From Lysobacterales bacterium (lineage in GTDB: Bacteria > Pseudomonadota > Gammaproteobacteria > Xanthomonadales > Wenzhouxiangellaceae), in contig PBLG01000002.1 of assembly GCA_002722315.1 (NCBI GenBank), positions 89,949 through 153,948 of the forward strand: DNA of 64,000 nt, written 5' to 3'. The number at the start of each line of letters is the position of its first letter. Position 1 is the stretch's first letter. Position numbers and translations under genes: made by a program. Positions 39,384 through 49,657 of this stretch are shown here, piece by piece. Below the pieces are notes generated by a model. It saw nothing but the letters and a program-made list of their open reading frames with translations. It made no database searches and was not told the DNA's origin.

Positions 39384-39962
39384 CTACTCGTAGTAAGGAT
39401 TCTTGCCGGTATCGTGATTGGTACCGTCGGTGACGTTGCGGATTTCGGGCACCAGTTCGCGCAACTGCGTCTCGATACCCTGGCGCAGCGTCACGTCGAC
39501 CATGCCACAGCCGTGGCAACCGCCGCCGAAGCGGAGAATGACGTCGTTTTCATCGGTCACGTCGACCAGCGATACCACGCCGCCGTGCGAGGCGACCATC
39601 GGATTGATGCGTGATTCGAGTACCCAGGAGACGCGCTCGTGCATCGAGGCGTCCTCGCCCGGCGCCTGCCCCCTCAATCCCGGCGCCCTGATGCTCAGCT
39701 CGCCGCCGGTGGCAGAGGTCTCGAAATCGATCATCGCGCCGTCGAGGGCGTCCTTGCTGTCCCGCGAGACGAACAGCGTGAAGACCCCGCAGTCCACCGC
39801 CTGGTCGTCGGCCTGGTCCTCGCCGGGCGGGCAGAAGTTCAGGCTTACGTCGGCGGCCGGCGTCCCCGCCTGGCGCGTGGACAAGCGAAGCTGCGTGCCT
39901 TCAGGCTGGTCTTCGAGGAGTTTTGCGAAATAGTCGCGTGCGGTCGGCGTAACTGTGAGCAT
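39384..39962 (-). CDS. nfuA: Fe-S biogenesis protein NfuA
   Basis: Degenerate A-type N-terminal domain (GTPAAD..FCPPG), INPMVASHGG, FGGGCHGC. Confidence 0.95.
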   Translation of the reverse strand: MLTVTPTARDYFAKLLEDQPEGTQLRLSTRQAGTPAADVSLNFCPPGEDQADDQAVDCGVFTLFVSRDSKDALDGAMIDFETSATGGELSIRAPGLRGQAPGEDASMHERVSWVLESRINPMVASHGGVVSLVDVTDENDVILRFGGGCHGCGMVDVTLRQGIETQLRELVPEIRNVTDGTNHDTGKNPYYE

Positions 39963-39996
39963 GCCCATTACCATCGGTGGAATCAGTTACGAAAGT

Positions 39997-40021
39997 ATAT
40001 CGCACTGAATCGGTCCTGTTT
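39997..40021 (-). promoter_or_regulatory. Candidate IscR type-1 site upstream of nfuA
   Basis: Minus strand AAACAGGACCGATTCAGTGCGATAT matches 18/25 positions of ATASYYGACTRWWWYAGTCRRSTAT; nfuA is an IscR target in E. coli. Confidence 0.4.
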
Positions 40022-40076
40022 CAAGTCGCGACCGCCAGGAGCGACTCTGCGCCTACACCCGCGGACCTGACCGCGA

Positions 40077-41132
40077 TCAGCCGGTCTCAAGTCGCGCAAG
40101 CAACCACGGCAGCGAATGATCCAGGCGCCAGTCCATGCCGCTGTGGTTGCCGTCGAACTCGACGTAATGATGGTCCACGCCGGCAGCCGACAGGCGAGCG
40201 GCAAACTCGCGGGTTCCGTAGTGAATGAAGTACTGGTCGCGGTTGCCCGCGTCCACCCAGAGCCCGCGCAGCTGCTTCAGCGCATCGAACGCCTCGCTCG
40301 AGTATTGAACGGGGTCGAAATCCAGCCAGCGCTGCCATACCGCATCGTCGACCCTCGCAGTAAACGGATCGAACGGCAATTCGAGATTCAGCGGCCGACC
40401 CGGTGCCGGCGAATAGCTGGCCGCCAGGCAAAGCACCATCAACGCATGAAATGCGCGGCCCGACGGCTTGCGGGCGCGCCAGAATGCCGAGACGAATGCC
40501 TCGCAGTCGCCGTCCCATGCCGCCAATTCGTCGCAACAGGCCACGAAATCGCGCTGGTATACACGGTCGAATCCACAGTCGCCCGCATGGCTGGCCACGC
40601 CACCGAACACGCCCGGGAACCGAACCGCCAGGTGCAGCCCGCCGAAGCCGCCCGACGACTTGCCGAAAGCCCCGCGCGCTTCCGGACGCGCGATGGTTCG
40701 AAATCGGCGATCGACTTCCGGGACAAGTTCCTCGACGATATGCCGGGCGTAGTAGCCCAGCGCCGGAGAATCGACGAACTGGTTGCCGCCCAGCGAGGTA
40801 AAACTGTCGGGCATCACCACGATTGACGGGGCCATCGATTCGGAAGAAATCAAGCGATCCAGCCGCTGCGGGAGATTCTCGCCGTGGTTGCGCCATGCCA
40901 CCTGCGCCGGGCCGGAACTGGTGTAGGCCGGCAGGCTCCAGAGCACCGGGTAGCTGCGCTCGCGTTCGCGCTCATAGCCGGGTGGCAGGTATACCAGTAC
41001 GTCACGGCAGGTCTGGTCGCCGAGCGGATTGGCTTGCGCCAGTAATGCGGAGTCGAACGCGAACGACTCGACGACGCCGCGCGCCTCGGGCCGGGGTGGG
41101 CGCAAGGGACCGGTGCCTGGATAATCTCTCAT
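40077..41132 (-). CDS. Alpha/beta hydrolase, Fes (enterochelin esterase)-like
   Basis: VYLPPGY, GKSSGG nucleophile elbow, DAGNRD, FDGNH. Confidence 0.85.
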   Translation of the reverse strand: MRDYPGTGPLRPPRPEARGVVESFAFDSALLAQANPLGDQTCRDVLVYLPPGYERERERSYPVLWSLPAYTSSGPAQVAWRNHGENLPQRLDRLISSESMAPSIVVMPDSFTSLGGNQFVDSPALGYYARHIVEELVPEVDRRFRTIARPEARGAFGKSSGGFGGLHLAVRFPGVFGGVASHAGDCGFDRVYQRDFVACCDELAAWDGDCEAFVSAFWRARKPSGRAFHALMVLCLAASYSPAPGRPLNLELPFDPFTARVDDAVWQRWLDFDPVQYSSEAFDALKQLRGLWVDAGNRDQYFIHYGTREFAARLSAAGVDHHYVEFDGNHSGMDWRLDHSLPWLLARLETG

Positions 41133-43021
41133 GCCTGCTTGAGGGGAACGACCTTGCGCTCCTTCGGCGGCACGCGGCCCATTTCGGGCACCAGGCGCGT
41201 CAGGATCTCGCGCAGCTCGGCGGAGTCGTATCGCTGAACGGCACGTTCTGCGCGCTGAATGGTGGCCTCCAGGTCCTTGACGACGCCGACACCGTTGCGT
41301 GCCAGCAGGATTTTCTGGTGGCCGGTGCTGGCATAGGACTCGTGCGCGTGGAACAGCTCCTCGAACAGCTTTTCACCCGGTCGAAGACCCGTGTAGACGA
41401 TCTCGATGTCGCGACCCGGCTCCTTGCCGGCCAGCCGGATCAACTGTTCGGCCAGGTAGCTGATCCGCACCGGCTGACCCATGTCGAGTACGAAAACCTC
41501 GCCGCCCCGGCCAAGCACCGCTGCCTGCAGGATCAATTGTCCCGCCTCTGCAATGGTCATGAAATAGCGCGAAATCTCGGGATGCGTGACGGTGACCGGC
41601 CCGCCCTTGCGAATCTGCTCGTTGAACAGCGGCACCACAGAACCGGTGGAATTCAGGACGTTGCCGAAGCGCACGGTAATGAACCGCGTATCGGCGCGCG
41701 AATCGACCTGCTGGCAATAGAGTTCGGCGATTCGCTTGGTCGCCCCCATGACGTTGCATGGATTGACCGCCTTGTCGGTGGAGATCAGCACAAAGGTGCT
41801 GACCGCATGGCGCGCCGCGGCTTCGGCCATCCGCATGGTGCCGACGACGTTGTTCCGGAACGCTTCGCGAACCTGGTTCTGCAACATCGGCAGGTGCTTG
41901 TAGGCGGCCGCGTGGAAGATGACGTCCGGGCGATGACGTGCAACCACGGTCTCCACTGTCGCCGGGTCGCAGACATCGCCGAGCACCGAATCCATGATCA
42001 GGTCGTGGAACTCTCCGCGAAGGTCGTAATCGATGCGGTAGAGGTTGTACTCCGAGCTGTCCAGGACCACCAGCCCGGCCGGATCCAGGCGCGCAATCTG
42101 GCGGCAGAGTTCGGCGCCTATGGAACCGCCCCCGCCGGTGACCAGCACTCGCTTCCCGGTCAGTCCGGAGCGAATCGCATTCCAGTCCAGCGAAACCGGA
42201 TCCCGTCCCAGCAGGTCGTCGATCGCCACCGGCTTCAGGTCCTCGAACCTTGTGATGCTGGCCCCGAGTTCCTTCAGCGTCGGCAGGGTCTTGAACTCCA
42301 CGCCGGATTCCTCGCACAGCGCCACGACGCGCTGCATCTGGTTGTTGGTCGCCGAAGGAATCGCGATGACCGCCAGGTCGATCGCCGCCTCGCGCACGAT
42401 CCTGGGAAGTCTCTGAATATTCCCCAGCACCGGCACGCCGTCGATCTCGGTGCCCTTGAGCCTGGTGCTGTCGTCCAGGAATCCGACCAGTTCGAATCCG
42501 CCGCGGCGGCGCAGCTCGGGCAACAGCAGGCGTCCGGAGCGGCCGGCCCCGATGATCAGGGTTCGCTGGCTGGTGCGCCGCCACCGCACCTCGGTGCGCA
42601 TGTCCCTGAACGTGCGAAATGCGAGCCGCGGAAGCCCCAGCGACAACAACAGGATCAAGGGATACAGCCAGAGCATGGGGGCGACGATCTCGACGCCATG
42701 CTCCATGATCAGCAGCACCGCGCCTATGGCCACGGAGCCGAGCAGCGAAGCACGAACGAGATTGCCAAGGTCGGGCAAGCTGGCAAAGCGCCACAAGCCC
42801 CGATAGAGACCTATGCGCCAGTAGACGAAGCCCTGGATGGCCATCAGCAGCAGGCCCTCGATGAACAGGCTCAGCGGCGGCGGCCACGACGCGCCGAACA
42901 GGGCCTGCGCGCACCAGCGCGCCAGCAGCCATGCAATCCCGGCGACGAGCAGGTCGTGAATCACGACGAGAGTGCGGATGTTCTGGTATCGCGGCGCGCG
43001 CTTCAGGACACGGAAATTCAT
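41129..43021 (-). CDS. Polysaccharide biosynthesis nucleotide-sugar dehydratase (WbpM/CapD/PglF-like)
   Basis: N-terminal TMs, IIGAG, DLLGR, VTGGGGSIGAEL, HAAAYKH, ISTDKAV, MGATKR, VRFGNV, GLRPGEKL. Confidence 0.93.
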   Translation of the reverse strand: MNFRVLKRAPRYQNIRTLVVIHDLLVAGIAWLLARWCAQALFGASWPPPLSLFIEGLLLMAIQGFVYWRIGLYRGLWRFASLPDLGNLVRASLLGSVAIGAVLLIMEHGVEIVAPMLWLYPLILLLSLGLPRLAFRTFRDMRTEVRWRRTSQRTLIIGAGRSGRLLLPELRRRGGFELVGFLDDSTRLKGTEIDGVPVLGNIQRLPRIVREAAIDLAVIAIPSATNNQMQRVVALCEESGVEFKTLPTLKELGASITRFEDLKPVAIDDLLGRDPVSLDWNAIRSGLTGKRVLVTGGGGSIGAELCRQIARLDPAGLVVLDSSEYNLYRIDYDLRGEFHDLIMDSVLGDVCDPATVETVVARHRPDVIFHAAAYKHLPMLQNQVREAFRNNVVGTMRMAEAAARHAVSTFVLISTDKAVNPCNVMGATKRIAELYCQQVDSRADTRFITVRFGNVLNSTGSVVPLFNEQIRKGGPVTVTHPEISRYFMTIAEAGQLILQAAVLGRGGEVFVLDMGQPVRISYLAEQLIRLAGKEPGRDIEIVYTGLRPGEKLFEELFHAHESYASTGHQKILLARNGVGVVKDLEATIQRAERAVQRYDSAELREILTRLVPEMGRVPPKERKVVPLKQA

Positions 43022-44037
43022 GTCGTCACGCGCTCCTTGGCAACAACGAAATGAACAAGGTACCAGGCTCCCGCAAGGATGACTGTCAACACCGCGGCCA
43101 CCCCCAGATCCGCCTGCGGTTTCCAAAGCGCCACGGCCGTGGCCGGCACGACCAGCAGGCCGTTGAGCGCAATCCAGGCCAGGAGCACTCTGCCATGGCC
43201 CCAGCCAAGCCGGATCAGGTACTGGTATGCATGATCCGCGTGGGGAGTATACCACCGCTCCCCCCGGATCAACCTCCAGCAAAGCGTGAGCGTCGCATCG
43301 GTCACGAATGGCGAAACGATGATGAACGAAACCCAAACGGAAAAACTGTCGGCCAGCGTACCGGCCAGCGCGAGCCCTCCCGCGCACCATCCAAGAAGCA
43401 ATGAACCCGAATCGCCGAGGAAGATGCTGGCGGTCGGGCGATTCCACAAAAGGAACCCCAACGACGCGCCCGCCGCCACCGCGGCGAGCCAGGCGCCCGT
43501 AGCATCCCCGGCCAGCCCGAATGCTGCCGCGAACAAGGCAAAGCTGATGGCCGCCTGCGACGAAGCCAGGCCGTCCGATCCATCCATGAAATTGAACAGA
43601 TTGATCAGCCAGATGATCGCCACGACCGCCATGGGGGTCCACAGCCACCCGGCCGAAACCTCGCGGTCGCCGATGCTTATCGATTCGACCGGGCCAAGCC
43701 AGGCAACGATTCCGACGGCAGCGAGAAGCTGGATGCCCAGGCGCCAGCCAACGCTCAACGGCGCGTGATCATCGACCCAGCCCAGCAGCGACACGACGGC
43801 GGCACCGCCGACCAAGGGCGCTACCAGTGCGCCGTTCGGTGCGAACGCGACCGCGGTCGCCACCAGCGAAATGCCGATCGCCAGTCCACCGCCACGGGCG
43901 ACAGGCGACGCATGACTGCGTCGGGCGCCCGGTTGGTCGATCAGGCCGCGAGCATGCGAATAGCGGCGCATCACGGGGGTCAGGGCGCATGCCAGGATCA
44001 GCGCGATTCCGGCGGCTTGCCAGGCATCGGGGCTCAT
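43018..44037 (-). CDS. MraY/WecA family (GT4) initiating transferase, WbpL-like
   Basis: DQPGARRSH..RGGG, GWVDD, NLFNFMDGSDG, IFLGDSGS, HAYQ. Confidence 0.9.
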   Translation of the reverse strand: MSPDAWQAAGIALILACALTPVMRRYSHARGLIDQPGARRSHASPVARGGGLAIGISLVATAVAFAPNGALVAPLVGGAAVVSLLGWVDDHAPLSVGWRLGIQLLAAVGIVAWLGPVESISIGDREVSAGWLWTPMAVVAIIWLINLFNFMDGSDGLASSQAAISFALFAAAFGLAGDATGAWLAAVAAGASLGFLLWNRPTASIFLGDSGSLLLGWCAGGLALAGTLADSFSVWVSFIIVSPFVTDATLTLCWRLIRGERWYTPHADHAYQYLIRLGWGHGRVLLAWIALNGLLVVPATAVALWKPQADLGVAAVLTVILAGAWYLVHFVVAKERVTT

Positions 44038-45206
44038 TCGCCGAGTACGCCGATGACCGGCCGGGTCGTCTCCCATTCACGGCAGCTGGGGCATTGCCAA
44101 TGCCAGGTCTGGCCGCTGAAGCCGCACTGTCGGCACCTGAAGCGCGGCTGGTCGTCGAGCAGCCGGTGCATGAGGTTACGCAGCAGCGCCGGATCGATCT
44201 CGTCGATCCGGTGACCGTGCCGGTGCATCAGCTCCAGCAACTGGTAAAGCCCACGCGCGGTCGGTCGCCGCTGCAGCTGTTCGAGCAGGAAATCGATGGC
44301 ACTGCCCGGGTCGCTTTCGGCCCGGATCGCGGCAAACGCCAGTACCGGGGCAAGCGTTGCGCCACGATTGACCAGCTGCTCCAGCCAGTCAAGCAATTCG
44401 GGCTCCCGCCCGAGTTCAGAAAAGCAGCGCGACAGGCTTTCGACCACCAGCACGGAGATGTCGGGATCCAGTTGGCAGGCCTGCTGGTATTTCCCGGCCG
44501 CGTCCGCCCACTTGCCCTGCGCGACGTCCAGGTCAGCTTCAAGCAGATACGCGCGGGTGCACTCGGGATGATGGTTGCGCGCCGTCGCCAGGTGACGGCG
44601 CGCGTTTTCGCGGTCCCCGCCCTGTTCGGCTTCGGCGGCAAGTTCGCAGTGGAACTGAGCGATCAGCGACGAGGAATCGCCATCGCTGACATGCTCGAGT
44701 TGGCGGGCCTGGATGATCGCGTTCTTCCAGTCCTTTTCCTGCTGATAGATGGAAAGAAGGCTGCGGATCGCGACCTCAGAATACCGCCCGTCCTCGGCGA
44801 GCTCGCTGAACAGCTTCTCGGCCCGGTCCAGCAGACCCGCGCGCATGTAATCCTCGCCGAGTTCCAGCAGCGCCTGCGTGCGGTGCTGCTCGCTCAGGTT
44901 CGAGCGGCTGATGATATGGCGGTGAAAGCGGATGGCCTTGTCGACTTCGCCCCTGCGGCGAAACAGGTTGCCGAGCGCCAGGTGGGTCTCCGCCGTCTCG
45001 GTATTGATCTCGGCAAGTTTAAGAAATACCTCGATGGCCTTGTCGGGCTGCTCGTTGAGGAGGTAATTGAGGCCCTTGAAGTAGTTCGACGAGATGGCAT
45101 GCTGCTGACGTCGCTCATCGCGGCGATAGGCGCGCGACGCCGCCCACCATCCCGACCATGCGGCTACCGGCAGAAGTACCAGCACAAGCCATGAAGGCTC
45201 AGGCAT
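44034..45206 (-). CDS. lapB: LPS assembly protein LapB
   Basis: YFKGLNYLLNEQPDKAI, TPR repeats, rubredoxin-like CRQCGF...CPSC. Confidence 0.96.
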   Translation of the reverse strand: MPEPSWLVLVLLPVAAWSGWWAASRAYRRDERRQQHAISSNYFKGLNYLLNEQPDKAIEVFLKLAEINTETAETHLALGNLFRRRGEVDKAIRFHRHIISRSNLSEQHRTQALLELGEDYMRAGLLDRAEKLFSELAEDGRYSEVAIRSLLSIYQQEKDWKNAIIQARQLEHVSDGDSSSLIAQFHCELAAEAEQGGDRENARRHLATARNHHPECTRAYLLEADLDVAQGKWADAAGKYQQACQLDPDISVLVVESLSRCFSELGREPELLDWLEQLVNRGATLAPVLAFAAIRAESDPGSAIDFLLEQLQRRPTARGLYQLLELMHRHGHRIDEIDPALLRNLMHRLLDDQPRFRCRQCGFSGQTWHWQCPSCREWETTRPVIGVLGE

Positions 45207-45465
45207 CGGTCAGGCTCTTGCTTGCCTCCGGCGTTCTGGCGGGCGCCGTCTGCCGCGAACGACGGCGGAACAGCATGAGCATGGCGGCAAACGCAAAGCC
45301 GAGTGCCAGGCCGGCGCTTGCCGACAGCGCAACGACCGCGCCCAGCGAAGCGGTCCACTGGAAGAAGACGAGTTCGAGGGTAACGGGTTCCGGGTTGAGC
45401 GCACCCAGGAAAATGCCGATCACGGCGCCCATGATCACCGCAAGGCCGAGCAACCAGCGCCACAT
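45199..45465 (-). CDS. lapA: LPS assembly protein LapA
   Basis: TM-N..V.L-TM pattern, located between ihfB and lapB. Confidence 0.8.
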   Translation of the reverse strand: MWRWLLGLAVIMGAVIGIFLGALNPEPVTLELVFFQWTASLGAVVALSASAGLALGFAFAAMLMLFRRRSRQTAPARTPEASKSLTDA

Positions 45466-45469
45466 GGGA

Positions 45470-45760
45470 TCAGTCTCCCGCGGCCTGGTTCACGCGCTCG
45501 CGGAGTTCCTTTCCGGGTTTGAAATGCGGCACGTGCTTGCCGGGAAGTGCGACCGATTCGCCGGTCTTGGGGTTGCGGCCGATTCGGGGCGGCCGGAAGT
45601 GCAGGCAAAAGCTGCCGAATCCACGGATTTCGATGCGGTCTCCACTGGCCAGCGCCGCGCTCATCTGCTCGATGATCGAGCGAACCGCGAGATCGACGTC
45701 GGTCTGACTGAGATGTTGTTGCTGGTCGGCCAGCTTTTCGATCAGCTCGGACTTGGTCAT
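45470..45760 (-). CDS. ihfB: Integration host factor subunit beta
   Basis: [39 protein letters not shown]. Confidence 0.98.
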   Translation of the reverse strand: MTKSELIEKLADQQQHLSQTDVDLAVRSIIEQMSAALASGDRIEIRGFGSFCLHFRPPRIGRNPKTGESVALPGKHVPHFKPGKELRERVNQAAGD

Positions 45761-45779
45761 GCCGTCACTCCGTGACTGT

Positions 45780-45802
45780 GCGGCGGACCCGGGGTCCGCC
45801 GC
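45780..45802. other. GC-rich hairpin between rpsA and ihfB
   Basis: GCGGCGGACC-CGG-GGTCCGCCGC perfect 10-bp stem. Confidence 0.55.
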
Positions 45803-45818
45803 GTTGATCACAATCGGA

Positions 45819-47486
45819 TCAGTCCTTGCCAAGCTGCTCACGCAGCAATTCGCCGAGCTTGGTGCCGCCGGACTTGGGCTGCTGGTACTGATCAACAGCA
45901 TCGGCGAGCTCGTCATCGTCCTTGGCCCGGATCGAAAGCGTCAGGTTGCGCGTCTTGCGATCCAATGCAACGAACTTGGCTTCGACTTCGTCGCCGACGC
46001 TGAATATCCTGGTCGCGTCGTCGACACGCTCCTTGGCCATGTCGTTGGCCTTGAGGTAGCCGTCAACGCCGTCGGCGAGTTCAACGACCGCGCCCTTGGC
46101 ATCGATTTCCCGGACCTTGCCGTTCACGATGGAACCGCGGGGATGCTCGGCCATGTAGGTCGCGAACGGATCCTGGTCGAGCTGCTTGATGCCAAGCGAA
46201 ATGCGCTCGCGCTCGGGATCCACGGCCAGCACGACCGCCTCGACTTCCTCGCCCTTGCGGAAGTTGCGAATGGCTTCTTCGCCCGGCGTCATCCAGGAGA
46301 TGTCGGACAGGTGAACCAGGCCGTCGATGTCGCCTTCCAGGCCGATGAAGATTCCGAAATCGGTAATCGACTTGATCGTGCCGGAGACCTTGTCGCCCTT
46401 GTTGTGCAGGGCTGCGAAGGCTTCCCACGGATTCGGCCGAACCTGCTTCATGCCCATGGAGATTCGACGGCGTTCGCCATCGACGTCCAGGACCATGACT
46501 TCGACTTCCTCGCCGATGTGAACGACCTTGTTCGGGTTGACGTTCTTGTTGGTCCAGTCCATTTCGGATACGTGCACAAGACCTTCGACGCCATCCTCGA
46601 TCTCGACGAAACAGCCGTAGTCAGTGATGTTGGTCACCCGGCCGAACAGGCGCGAGCCCGGCGGATAGCGACGGTCGATGTTGTCCCACGGATCTTCGCC
46701 GAGCTGCTTGAGACCCAGCGAGACGCGCATGCGCTCGCGGTCGAAGCGCAGCACGCGCACTTCGAGTTCGTCGCCGACTTCGACGACTTCCGACGGATGG
46801 CGAACGCGCTTCCAGGCCATGTCGGTGATATGCAGCAGGCCGTCGATGCCGCCCAGATCAAGGAACGCACCGTAGTCGGTGAGGTTCTTGACCACACCCT
46901 TGACCACTGCGCCTTCCTCGAGGCGGTCGATCAGGTCTTCGCGCTCGGCAGCGAATTCGTGTTCCACGACCGCGCGGCGCGAAACCACCAGGTTGTTGCG
47001 GCGCCGATCGAGCTTGATGATCTTGAATTCGAGGTCCTTGCCTTCGAGATAGCTCGGATCGCGAACCGGCCGAACGTCGACCAGCGAACCGGGAAGGAAC
47101 GCGCGGATGCCGTCGATGCTGACGGTAAAACCACCCTTGACCTTGCCGGAAATCTGGCCGATCACGTTTTCCTCGGCCTCGCTGGCGGTTTCCAGCTTGT
47201 CCCAGATGCGGGCGCGCTTGGCCTTTTCGCGAGAAAGGCGGGTCTCTCCGAAGCCGTCCTCGACCGCGTCGAGCGAGACTTCGACCTCGTCGCCGACTTC
47301 CACTTCGAGCTCGCCGTCGTCATTCTGGAACTGGTGGATGGGAACAATGCCCTCCGACTTCAGTCCGGCATTGACGACAACGACGTCTTCGCGGATTTCG
47401 ACGACTCGCCCGGTGACGATCGCACCTGGGCGGAGTTTGGATTCATCTAGACTCTGTTCAAACAGTTCGGCAAATGATTCGGTCAT
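45819..47486 (-). CDS. rpsA: 30S ribosomal protein S1
   Basis: [10 protein letters not shown], six S1 repeats ([19 protein letters not shown]). Confidence 0.99.
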   Translation of the reverse strand: MTESFAELFEQSLDESKLRPGAIVTGRVVEIREDVVVVNAGLKSEGIVPIHQFQNDDGELEVEVGDEVEVSLDAVEDGFGETRLSREKAKRARIWDKLETASEAEENVIGQISGKVKGGFTVSIDGIRAFLPGSLVDVRPVRDPSYLEGKDLEFKIIKLDRRRNNLVVSRRAVVEHEFAAEREDLIDRLEEGAVVKGVVKNLTDYGAFLDLGGIDGLLHITDMAWKRVRHPSEVVEVGDELEVRVLRFDRERMRVSLGLKQLGEDPWDNIDRRYPPGSRLFGRVTNITDYGCFVEIEDGVEGLVHVSEMDWTNKNVNPNKVVHIGEEVEVMVLDVDGERRRISMGMKQVRPNPWEAFAALHNKGDKVSGTIKSITDFGIFIGLEGDIDGLVHLSDISWMTPGEEAIRNFRKGEEVEAVVLAVDPERERISLGIKQLDQDPFATYMAEHPRGSIVNGKVREIDAKGAVVELADGVDGYLKANDMAKERVDDATRIFSVGDEVEAKFVALDRKTRNLTLSIRAKDDDELADAVDQYQQPKSGGTKLGELLREQLGKD

Positions 47487-47639
47487 CGAAGTGCTTGATT
47501 CCTGCACGGCTGGGGAAGCTGCTGTACTCAAAATTGGTGTCCCGTGGGTTTCTGTCATCTGCATCCGCAAGGCGGACGCTCGTTAATGAAATACACCGCC
47601 GCCCTGTTGGATCCGGGCCTTACGGTGAACGATTGTGCG

Positions 47640-48359
47640 TTACTGATTTTCGTCTTTCGGCACCTGATCGCCGAACCGCTCGCGGGCAAGCCCGACCACA
47701 TGTCCGATGACCTCGTCCAGCGACAGGTGAGTCGAATCGACCACTGCCGCATCGGCGGCAGGCACCGTGGGAGCGACCGATCGTTCCCGGTCGCGCCTGT
47801 CGCGGGCCTGCATATCCCGAAAAAGACGGGAAAGAATAACACTTTCTCCTTTTTCCTTCAACTGGTTATACCGTCTTTTCGCGCGCTCCTCGACGCTGGC
47901 CTCAAGAAAGACCTTCAATTCGGCGTCGGGGAACACGATGGTCCCCATGTCCCGTCCGTCGGCCACCAGGCCCGGCATGACCCGATAGGCCCGCTGAAGC
48001 TCCAGCAATGCGGCTCGGACGGCCGGAATCGCGGCGACCCGGGAAGCCATCACGCTGACCTCCTCGGTACGCAACGAACCTCCGACTTCGCGATCTCCCA
48101 GGAAAACGCCGATACCATCACTGCCAGCCCGGAAGGTCAGATCAACGTTGCGCGTCAGTTCGACAAGGGCCTGCTCGTCATCCGCGGCAACGCCGCGCTC
48201 GAGCGCGGCCAGCGCCACCGAACGATATACCGCGCCGGAGTCCAGCGCATTCCAGCCCAGGCGTCGCGCCACCGCCGCCGAGACCGCGCCCTTTCCGGCG
48301 CCCGATGGGCCGTCTATGGTCAGCACCGGCGGCCTGGATTCATTCTTCGTCAGCGCCAT
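47640..48359 (-). CDS. cmk: Cytidylate kinase
   Basis: TIDGPSGAGKG, LDSGAVYR, ADGRDMGTIVFP. Confidence 0.97.
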   Translation of the reverse strand: MALTKNESRPPVLTIDGPSGAGKGAVSAAVARRLGWNALDSGAVYRSVALAALERGVAADDEQALVELTRNVDLTFRAGSDGIGVFLGDREVGGSLRTEEVSVMASRVAAIPAVRAALLELQRAYRVMPGLVADGRDMGTIVFPDAELKVFLEASVEERAKRRYNQLKEKGESVILSRLFRDMQARDRRDRERSVAPTVPAADAAVVDSTHLSLDEVIGHVVGLARERFGDQVPKDENQ

Positions 48360-49657
48360 TGCAGTCGCGCTCCCAATGATTCGAGATCCTGTGCGAAGGC
48401 CGGGTAGCTGGTGCGAATCCATTCGGCGCCATCGATTTCCACCGGGCCGTCGGCCACCAGCGCCAGCACCGCCAGGCTCATCGCGATCCGGTGGTCGCCT
48501 TCGGATTCGACCCGGCCGCCTGAAACACGCCCGCCCCGCACCGTCGCACCGTCCGGCCGTTCTTCGACGTCGACGCCAAGCCGCCTGAGCTGACGGCTCA
48601 TCACCGCCAGGCGATCGGATTCCTTGACCCTCAATTCCGCGGCCCCGGAAATCACGGTCTCGCCCTGCCCGGCCGCGGCCAATGCCATGACCAGCGGAAA
48701 CTCGTCGATCGCCAGCGGCACCCATTCGGCCGGTATCGGCGATCCGACCAGCTGCGCCGGGCAGGTGACATCGAGGATCGCGACCGGCTCTGCGCCGGCG
48801 CTCGCATCTTCGGTCGCGCGCCGCTCGACGGCGCCAGGCGCCATCCGCTCGAGAATTCGCAGAAAACCGTCCCGGGTCGGATTGACCCCCACCGGACCTA
48901 TGCTGATCTTCGAGCCCGGCACAAGCGCCGCCGCCGCGATCATGAACGCCGCCGACGACAGATCGCCCGGAACCTTTATTCGGGCGGCCTTCAGGCGCAC
49001 CGGGCCGCGCAGCCGCGCCTCGCCTTCGGCCCGGTCCACGGCCACGCCGAAGGCCGGCAAAAGTCGTTCGGTATGGTCCCGCGACACCCCGGGTTCGACG
49101 ACTCGGGTCTCGCCGGCGGCGTTGAGTCCGGCCAGCAGGATGGCCGACTTGACCTGGGCGCTGGCCACCTTCAGTTCGCGGTCCAGCGGCTTCAGCTGTC
49201 GCGGCTCGACAACCAGCGGTGCGTGTCCGTCGCTGCTTTCGATGCGCGCGCCCATCGCGCCCAGGGGCTCGATGATTCGCTGCATCGGGCGGCGCGAAAG
49301 CGAAGCGTCGCCGATCACCTCCACCCGCGCGCCGAACAGGTCCGGATGTCCGCACAGTGCCCCGGTGAGCAGACGCATGCCGGTGCCGGAGTTGCCCATG
49401 TCCAGCGGCTTCGACGGCGCGCCCAGCCGGCCGCCGTCGATCCGCACCCGACCGCCATCGCGCGTCACGCGGGCGCCCAGGGACGACATGGCAGCCAGCG
49501 TGGCCAGCGTATCCTCCGCTTCCAGGAATCCCTCGATGTGTGTCGTGCCCTCGGCCAGGCCGCCGAAGATCGCCGCGCGATGGGACACCGACTTGTCGCC
49601 GGGCGGCGTGACCCGACCGGTCAACGGCGAAGCGGCGGGATGAACCGTCAGCTTCAC
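48350..49657 (-). CDS. aroA: 3-phosphoshikimate 1-carboxyvinyltransferase (EPSP synthase)
   Basis: PGDKSVSHR, DMGNSGTGMRL, ASAQVKSA, SRDHTE, ELRVKESDR, DHRIAM; GTG start. Confidence 0.96.
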   Translation of the reverse strand: MKLTVHPAASPLTGRVTPPGDKSVSHRAAIFGGLAEGTTHIEGFLEAEDTLATLAAMSSLGARVTRDGGRVRIDGGRLGAPSKPLDMGNSGTGMRLLTGALCGHPDLFGARVEVIGDASLSRRPMQRIIEPLGAMGARIESSDGHAPLVVEPRQLKPLDRELKVASAQVKSAILLAGLNAAGETRVVEPGVSRDHTERLLPAFGVAVDRAEGEARLRGPVRLKAARIKVPGDLSSAAFMIAAAALVPGSKISIGPVGVNPTRDGFLRILERMAPGAVERRATEDASAGAEPVAILDVTCPAQLVGSPIPAEWVPLAIDEFPLVMALAAAGQGETVISGAAELRVKESDRLAVMSRQLRRLGVDVEERPDGATVRGGRVSGGRVESEGDHRIAMSLAVLALVADGPVEIDGAEWIRTSYPAFAQDLESLGARLQWR